Assembly: GCA_963715865.1 (NCBI GenBank)
Contig: OY970280.1
Span: forward strand, 1,856,001 to 1,920,000
Origin: Candidatus Bathyarchaeota archaeon
Lineage (GTDB): Archaea > Thermoproteota > Bathyarchaeia > Bathyarchaeales > Bathycorpusculaceae
Direction of reading: 5' to 3'
Length of the DNA: 64,000 nt
Shown here: positions 58,119 through 64,000 of the stretch, one piece after another
Numbering within the stretch: position 1 is the first letter of the stretch
How the letters are laid out: each line of letters starts with the position of its first letter
The notes under the pieces: generated by a model
What the model was told of the DNA's origin: nothing
What the model saw: the letters and a program-made list of their open reading frames with translations, nothing else
Database searches by the model: none
Made by a program: the position numbers and the translations under genes

Positions 58119-59951
58119 ATGTTTGGCTGGATTGGCGCTTTTCTGAAAATAGATTTAAGCAAAAGTAAGGCTGTTGCAGAACAATATGACGAATCTTTAG
58201 CGTTGAATTTTCTCGGCGGCAGAGGCTTCGCAGTCAAAATCCTTTGGGACACCCTTAAACAGGGAATCGACCCGTTATCACCTGAAAACAAACTGATTTT
58301 TGCTGCTGGACCACTAACTGCCATTGGTTTACCGAACAGTGGCAAACTCGTTGTTGCCTCAAAAAGCCCTTTAACCGGCGGGTTTGGCGATGGAAATTCG
58401 GGGACGTGGGCGGCTGTGAACATGCGCAAGGCTGGTTACGACGCGCTCATCATAGAGGGCAAAGCGCAAACACCAGTCATCCTCTACATTAAAGATAAAG
58501 TCTGTGAGTTCGTGGATGCCAAGGATTTTTGGGGATTAAACTCCTTCGAAACACACGAACAGTTGAGTAAAAAATATTCCCGCACGGCAGGCATCGTCTC
58601 TATCGGTCCAGCTGGAGAGAACCTTATCAAGTTTGCAACCATTGTTTCGCAAGAGGGGCGCGCGGGCGGACGACCTGGAATGGGCGCTGTCATGGGCTCC
58701 AAAAATTTGAAGGCCATAGTAATTGAAGGCTCTTCCTCAATACCGCTTGCAGACCCCAACGAGATGAAGAAGCTGGCTGCCGACGGTTACCGAGAAGTCC
58801 TCGCTAAACCACTTTACGCTTTTTGGAAAAGGCAAGGAACCATGTCGACAGTGGAGTGGTCTCAGGAGAACAGTGCTCTTCCCACCTTCAATTACAGGCA
58901 AGGCGTTTTCGATAGAGCTGAGGAAATTGGAGGGTTTGCTATGGAAAAAATCAAGGTTTCGAACCGCGGATGCCCACAGTGCAACATGACGTGCGGCAAC
59001 GTTGTTAAAGACAGCGAAGGAAAAGATTCAGAACTGGATTATGAGAACGTGATTATGCTGGGTTCTAACATTGGTTTGGGGAATCTTGGGCAAGTAGCCA
59101 CTTTGAACCGCATGGCTGACGAGTTTGGGTTTGATTCTATCTCTCTTGGGAACGTGCTTGGCTTTGCCATGGAAGCCTCCGAGAAAGGGCTGATAGCCGA
59201 GAAGATTCAGTGGGGACAGTTTGAAGAGACTAAAGCGTTGATTAATGATATTGCTTACAGGCGCGGTTTGGGTGCAGTCTTAGCTGAAGGAGTCCGAGCT
59301 GCTTCAGCAGCGATTGGCAATGGATCGAGCGATTGGGCAATGCATGTTAAAGGCTTAGAGGTCTCCGGTTACGATTGCCATGCTGCGCCCGGTATGGCTT
59401 TGGCTTACGGCACAAGCTCAATTGGCGCCCACCATAAAGACGCTTGGGTTATAACATGGGAGATTAAAGCTGGCAGAGGAAATTATGACGAAGAAAAAGT
59501 TGATTACCTCATTAAAACCCAGCTTATTCGTGGCGGACTCTTCGAAGCATTAACCGTCTGCCGTTTCCCCTACAATTCGCTTGGCTTTGAGCTTGAATGG
59601 TACCAAAAATACTTGCGGGCAGCCACCGGAGTAGAGTTTTCTTTAGAGCAGTTAAACCAGATAAGCGATAGAATACTCAATTTAATGCGCGCTTTCTGGG
59701 TGCGAGAGTACAAGGAAAAATGGACCAGAGACTTGGATGTTCCGCCTATGAGATGGTTTAAAGAACCACTAACCGAAGGCACATTAAAAGGTTCTATGCT
59801 TGATTTTAAAAAATACAATGATATGCTGAGCACTTACTATGAGAAGAGAGGGTGGGATGAACGGGGAATACCAAAGAAACCCACTCTGGCACGGCTAGGT
59901 CTCGTTGATGAGGCTAAACAACTGGATACATACGTTAAATTAGAAGAGTAA
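58119..59951 (+). CDS. aor: Tungsten aldehyde:ferredoxin oxidoreductase family protein
   Basis: KSPLTG, GR.GMGAVMGSKNLKA, CxxCxxxC, G.D.IS, C.F. Confidence 0.9.
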   Translation: MFGWIGAFLKIDLSKSKAVAEQYDESLALNFLGGRGFAVKILWDTLKQGIDPLSPENKLIFAAGPLTAIGLPNSGKLVVASKSPLTGGFGDGNSGTWAAVNMRKAGYDALIIEGKAQTPVILYIKDKVCEFVDAKDFWGLNSFETHEQLSKKYSRTAGIVSIGPAGENLIKFATIVSQEGRAGGRPGMGAVMGSKNLKAIVIEGSSSIPLADPNEMKKLAADGYREVLAKPLYAFWKRQGTMSTVEWSQENSALPTFNYRQGVFDRAEEIGGFAMEKIKVSNRGCPQCNMTCGNVVKDSEGKDSELDYENVIMLGSNIGLGNLGQVATLNRMADEFGFDSISLGNVLGFAMEASEKGLIAEKIQWGQFEETKALINDIAYRRGLGAVLAEGVRAASAAIGNGSSDWAMHVKGLEVSGYDCHAAPGMALAYGTSSIGAHHKDAWVITWEIKAGRGNYDEEKVDYLIKTQLIRGGLFEALTVCRFPYNSLGFELEWYQKYLRAATGVEFSLEQLNQISDRILNLMRAFWVREYKEKWTRDLDVPPMRWFKEPLTEGTLKGSMLDFKKYNDMLSTYYEKRGWDERGIPKKPTLARLGLVDEAKQLDTYVKLEE

Positions 59952-59962
59952 CCAGCCTATTG

Positions 59963-61406
59963 TCAGTACGCCCTTGCAAAATACACCATTTCTTTAGCTT
60001 TTTGCCCACAGTAAATGCAGTTTGTCGTTGGTTCTTCTTTTTGGAAGGGTCGAACTCTGATGGTTGCACCTGTTTCATCTTTAATTTTTGCTTCGCAGTC
60101 AGCGCTGCCGCACCATGCTGCCTTGACAAACCCGCCTTTGTCACATATGACTTTTTTGAATTCCTCATAGTTTTGTACAGTGCTGGTTTTTTCTTCCAGA
60201 AAGGCTTTGGCTTTAGCAAACATGCTATCCTGAATTTCTTGCAGAAGCTTCTCTACAGTGGCTGGAATGTCTATTTCTTTAACTGCGAGTTTTTTGGCAG
60301 GTGTCCCGTCTTACCATTACCACTTGCTGCTGTTTAAGGTCTCGCGGACCAATTTCTATTCTGATTGGAACGCCTTTGAGTTCCCACTGATTGAATTTCC
60401 AGCCCGGCGTGTACCCTTCCCGGTCATCTAACACAAAGCTTACACCTTTAGCCTTGAGCATTTCAGCGATTTCTTTAGCTTTAGCGGCTATTGCAGCGGG
60501 TTCTGCACCCTTGTAAGGAATAGGAACAATAACAACCTGTGTGGGTGCGACTTTGGGAGGTATGATTAAGCCTTTGTCGTCGCCGTGAACCATTACCATA
60601 GCGCCAATAAGTCGCGTGGTGATGCCCCAGCTGGTTTGCCAAACATAATGGTCCTTCTCGTCCTCACCGATGAATTTAACATCAAAGACTTTCCCGAAGT
60701 TCTGGCCAAGATTGTGGCTGGTTCCCATCTGCAACGCTTTGCCATCAGGCATCATCGCTTCTAATGCCGTAGTGTAGAGGGCTCCAGCAAATTTTTCGCT
60801 GTCACTTTTTGTGCCCACGAGCACTGGAATTGCAAGGTAATTCTCCATGATGTCCCTATACTCGTTTAGAGCATACATGACTTCTGCTTCTGCTTCCTCA
60901 CTTGTGGCGTGCGCAGTGTGGCCTTCTTGCCAAAGAAACTCTCTTGTTCGCAAAAAGAGTCTTGTGGCTTTTGTTTCCCACCGCACAATGTTGCACCACT
61001 GATTAATCTTGACGGGTAGGTCTCGCCAGCTGCGAATCCACTTGGCAAAGGTAGCGTATATTATGGTTTCGCTGGTTGGTCTAATGGCAAGCTTCTCCTC
61101 TAGCGAGGTGTCTCCGCCCTGCGTTATCCAAGCAACTTCTGGGGTGAATCCAGCGAAATGCTCCGCTTCTTTCTTTAGTAAGCCTTCAGGGATAAACATT
61201 GGAAAATACACGTTCCGATGCCCTGTGGCTTTGATTTTTTTGTTTAGGATTTCTTGGATTTTCTCCCATATCGCGTAAGCGTCTTCGCGGATTATCATGC
61301 AGCCTTTAACAGGCGCGTAATCTGCAAGTCCAGCTTTCAAAACGACTTCCACGTACCACTCGGAGAAGTCTTGGTTTTTCTTTACGGTTACTCCAGTGTC
61401 CGACAT
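59963..61406 (-). CDS. proS: Prolyl-tRNA synthetase, +1 frameshift in T6 run 60290-60295
   Basis: RPTSET, FLRTREFLWQEGH, GTSH, SWG.TTR; repaired 480 aa ending FARAY. Confidence 0.93.
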
Positions 61407-61511
61407 AGCTTATTTCTCTTCTTTCCAGTTGTATGCTTGTAGCATATAAAACCGTAACGGGGCAATCGTTCAAAACAGCCGCCAATAAAGCAGGTAAAAG
61501 AAGAAAATGAC

Positions 61512-61670
61512 TCAATTCGATCTTCTGAAAAACTCCTTTTTAGGGAAGTCTTTGCATTCGTAGATTCGCAGTTGTCTTTGAGGCTCGATACGGCATCTCT
61601 TGCGAGCGTTCTTACGCCTTATCAGCGGGGCAAGTTGAAAGAAAGGGCATCTTGAACAAAGGGTACTCAA
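61512..61670 (-). CDS. 52-aa basic 4-Cys protein (not in ORF track)
   Basis: GGAGG 7 nt before TTG; MSTLCSRCPFFQLAPLIRRKNARKRCRIEPQRQLRIYECKDFPKKEFFRRSN. Confidence 0.6.
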   Translation of the reverse strand: MSTLCSRCPFFQLAPLIRRKNARKRCRIEPQRQLRIYECKDFPKKEFFRRSN

Positions 61671-61702
61671 GTTTTATCCTCCATCAATAATCATACAACA
61701 AG

Positions 61703-62356
61703 TTAATTGCTAATTGCAGGTGCCTGCCGCATATATTTTACATCTTCAATTTGATTGAGCATAAAGTCCGCGATGTCAGCGCGTGAAATCCCTGTGCCTA
61801 CCTCGCCTCTGCCTAGGTAACCAGCTCTAACTTTTCCGGATTTAGGCTTGTTGTTAAGCATGGTTAGACGCACTATTGTCCAGTCAAGGTCGGATGCACG
61901 CACTGCTTCGGCGACGCTTACTATCTCTTCGTACGTAGCGTTCATAGTGAGCTTAACAAGGCCGACTAAAACCCTTGCTTTGAACTCAGGCATATCGTTA
62001 GGGTCTTTAGCACTTAAGGTTGAAGTTATTATTAACCTGCGCACGCCCTGCTTTTTCATGGCTGCAATTATGTTTTGCATCCCTTCAGTGAGTGGTTTGT
62101 TTTTTGAGCCGCCCCGAGGTCCCAACACGCTAATGACTGCATCCGCACCACTAACGGCACGCTCAATCAAGGCAACGTCAGACAACTCACCTTGAACAAT
62201 CGACAGGTGTTCATGTACGATGCCAAGTTTTGAGGGATTGCGAACATATGCAACGACCTCGTTACCTGATGCAAGCGCCTGTTCCACAAGCTGCTTCCCT
62301 GTTCCACCGGTTGCTCCGAAAACAGTAATTCTTTTCAAACCACTTCCTCCAAGCAA
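61703..62356 (-). CDS. Atypical SDR / NAD(P)H flavin reductase-like protein
   Basis: FGATGGTG, VRNPSK, DWTIVR, ISRADIA. Confidence 0.88.
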   Translation of the reverse strand: MLGGSGLKRITVFGATGGTGKQLVEQALASGNEVVAYVRNPSKLGIVHEHLSIVQGELSDVALIERAVSGADAVISVLGPRGGSKNKPLTEGMQNIIAAMKKQGVRRLIITSTLSAKDPNDMPEFKARVLVGLVKLTMNATYEEIVSVAEAVRASDLDWTIVRLTMLNNKPKSGKVRAGYLGRGEVGTGISRADIADFMLNQIEDVKYMRQAPAISN

Positions 62357-62386
62357 GATGGTCTTAACCGAGTCTTCTCTGCATTA

Positions 62387-63580
62387 TCACCTTGTCATCA
62401 TCCGTCTAAACACTGGCACTGCAATGGCTATCATGACGACTCCGAACACTATCAGCACGATGAGGTCGGTAGATATTTGCGGGATTCCAGCGCCCAACAC
62501 CATGACTTTTCTAAGTGCGTCTGAAGCGTAGGTTAGTGGCAGGATCTTTGAGATGTCTTGCATGTACCAGGGCATCTGCTGGATGGGGAAGAAGACGCCA
62601 CTGAGGAACATCATTGGAAACATCAGTGTCATCATGAGCATTTGAGCGGTCTCTTGGTCTTTTGTAAAGGAAGTTATCACTATACCTAGACCGACGAAAG
62701 AGAATACGCCTAGCAGGAGCAGCGCGAATACGAGGAGGATGCTTCCTTGGATTGCTACTCCAAACAAGCCCACGGCTAATATGAGTATAATTATTCCTTG
62801 AATAAGTCCCCTTGCAGTTTGCCCTAAAGTCTTGCCTAGGATTATGGAGAGCCTGTTGATTGGCGCCACCATCATGCCGTCCATTGTGCCAATCTCTTTC
62901 TCTTGGGAAATAGCGACTGGCAGCCCCGTCATGACACTCATCATAACCGTCATAGCCATTATCCCTGGAGCAATGAAGTCAAAGTAGGTGGGGTTGCCTG
63001 AGACGATGCCTTGGGTTTGCACGTTAAAGGGTTTAACGACTGCTAAGGTGTTTGTTACATTGAGCGCTTGGACCTTTTGTTGCGCTATAGCGGTTCCCAT
63101 TTCATCAAACACAGTTTTCAAAACGCCTTGAATGGTGGCGGATATTTGTGGGTTAGACTCATCGCTAACAATAATGAGGGTGCCTTGCTGTCCAGTCATG
63201 ATGCTTGTAGAAAAGTTACTGGGAATGATGATGCCGCCTTCAAGGTCTCCCTTCTGAACCATATCTCGTATATCCGCTACGCTTGACACGTTAGAGATAA
63301 TCAGCATGTGGGTTTGGTTGTTAATCTGTTGCAGACCCATGATGAAGCTTTGGCTTGGAAGAGTGATGTTGTTAAAACCTGAATCCTCATTGACCAGCCC
63401 AACTTGCAGGTTATTCACCGTGCCGTTGGATGGATAGATGAATCCAACCATGACCATCATAAACAGAGGCATCAGTATAAGCAGAACTAGCCCCAGTCGG
63501 TTTCTGAACAATTCAGTCAGGTCTTTCCAAGCAATTCTGAAAGAGTGTGAAAGAAGAGTTTTTGCGCCCATTCTTCTCAC
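62387..63580 (-). CDS. ABC-2 type transporter permease
   Basis: WKDL.E..R, EKE.GT, FLSGVFFP, LPLTY. Confidence 0.92.
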   Translation of the reverse strand: MRRMGAKTLLSHSFRIAWKDLTELFRNRLGLVLLILMPLFMMVMVGFIYPSNGTVNNLQVGLVNEDSGFNNITLPSQSFIMGLQQINNQTHMLIISNVSSVADIRDMVQKGDLEGGIIIPSNFSTSIMTGQQGTLIIVSDESNPQISATIQGVLKTVFDEMGTAIAQQKVQALNVTNTLAVVKPFNVQTQGIVSGNPTYFDFIAPGIMAMTVMMSVMTGLPVAISQEKEIGTMDGMMVAPINRLSIILGKTLGQTARGLIQGIIILILAVGLFGVAIQGSILLVFALLLLGVFSFVGLGIVITSFTKDQETAQMLMMTLMFPMMFLSGVFFPIQQMPWYMQDISKILPLTYASDALRKVMVLGAGIPQISTDLIVLIVFGVVMIAIAVPVFRRMMTR

Positions 63581-64000
63581 CTAACTCTCCTTGGCGCTTC
63601 CCCGAAATGCCTATGTGCCATAGGGATTTTCTGGTCTGCGCTATCTCTTACTTGATGACCCGTAATGTGAAGGAACACGTCTTCAAGGGTTGGTTGTAGG
63701 TTTTCCATGGAGCTTATTTTTCCGCCGTTTGCTCGTATGGCATCTATGATGTTATCAAACGCTTCGTCGCCGTGAACCAAAATCTTAAGTTCAGTTGAGT
63801 TCTCTTGGGTTACGGCATCTGCGCATTTAAGCGCCTGAAGATTTTCTATGAGAACTGAAGAAAGGTTAGGTATGCTAAGTTTTATTATGGTTGTGTCTGC
63901 TCCTGAAATTATTTTTTTCAAGTTGGCTGAGGTGTCCAACGCCTCGATTTTTCCATGATCTATGATTGCAATGCGGTCACACAGTAAGTCAGCGTCAACC
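63577..64000 (-). CDS. ABC transporter ATP-binding protein, C-terminal part (runs off window)
   Basis: DADLLCDRIAIIDHGKI upstream of the track ORF; PTLEDVFL.ITG. Confidence 0.88.
   Translation of the reverse strand, partial: VDADLLCDRIAIIDHGKIEALDTSANLKKIISGADTTIIKLSIPNLSSVLIENLQALKCADAVTQENSTELKILVHGDEAFDNIIDAIRANGGKISSMENLQPTLEDVFLHITGHQVRDSADQKIPMAHRHFGEAPRRVR

Noticed and set aside
630-63286. Numerous 60-180 aa ORFs nested in or antisense to recognised genes (e.g. 10379, 12348, 16546, 25098, 46387)
   Set aside because: Shadow frames of well-supported CDSs with no recognisable motifs
1-64000. CRISPR array, rRNA, integrase or transposase
   Set aside because: No regularly spaced repeats, rRNA signature, or Tyr/Ser recombinase or DDE motifs were seen

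Overview
Ordinary chromosomal segment of an archaeon, most likely class Bathyarchaeia (inferred from archaeal-type ThrRS, ProRS and TFE, the NAC-PUA-MBF1-HflX-Trm56-TFE block, a PEF-CTERM protein and form III RuBisCO). It holds about 70 CDSs. These include a PMT/GT2 glycosylation pair, the AMP phosphorylase-R15P isomerase-RuBisCO III nucleoside salvage trio, a hisGDCBHAFI operon, an nfnAB operon headed by a tandem ferredoxin-MvhD protein, and peptide-fermentation enzymes (ACD alpha, aminotransferase, AOR, rubredoxin-TPP enzyme). There are two tRNAs (intron-containing tRNA-iMet, tRNA-Val(TAC)) and a 1.4 kb island at tRNA-Val carrying a PLD nuclease. Several items are missed by the ORF track: two conserved genes (nfnA, hflX) whose only plausible start is ACG 10 nt after GGAGG; a box C/D sRNA; a ~60-nt element present in two copies 23 kb apart; a repeat/hairpin-rich his leader; and several small ORFs under 60 aa. 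Three +1 frameshifts in conserved genes (e2b2, mbf1, proS) look like sequencing errors, so single-base claims need checking against reads. No CRISPR array, rRNA, integrase or transposase was seen. All calls are by eye, without database searches.
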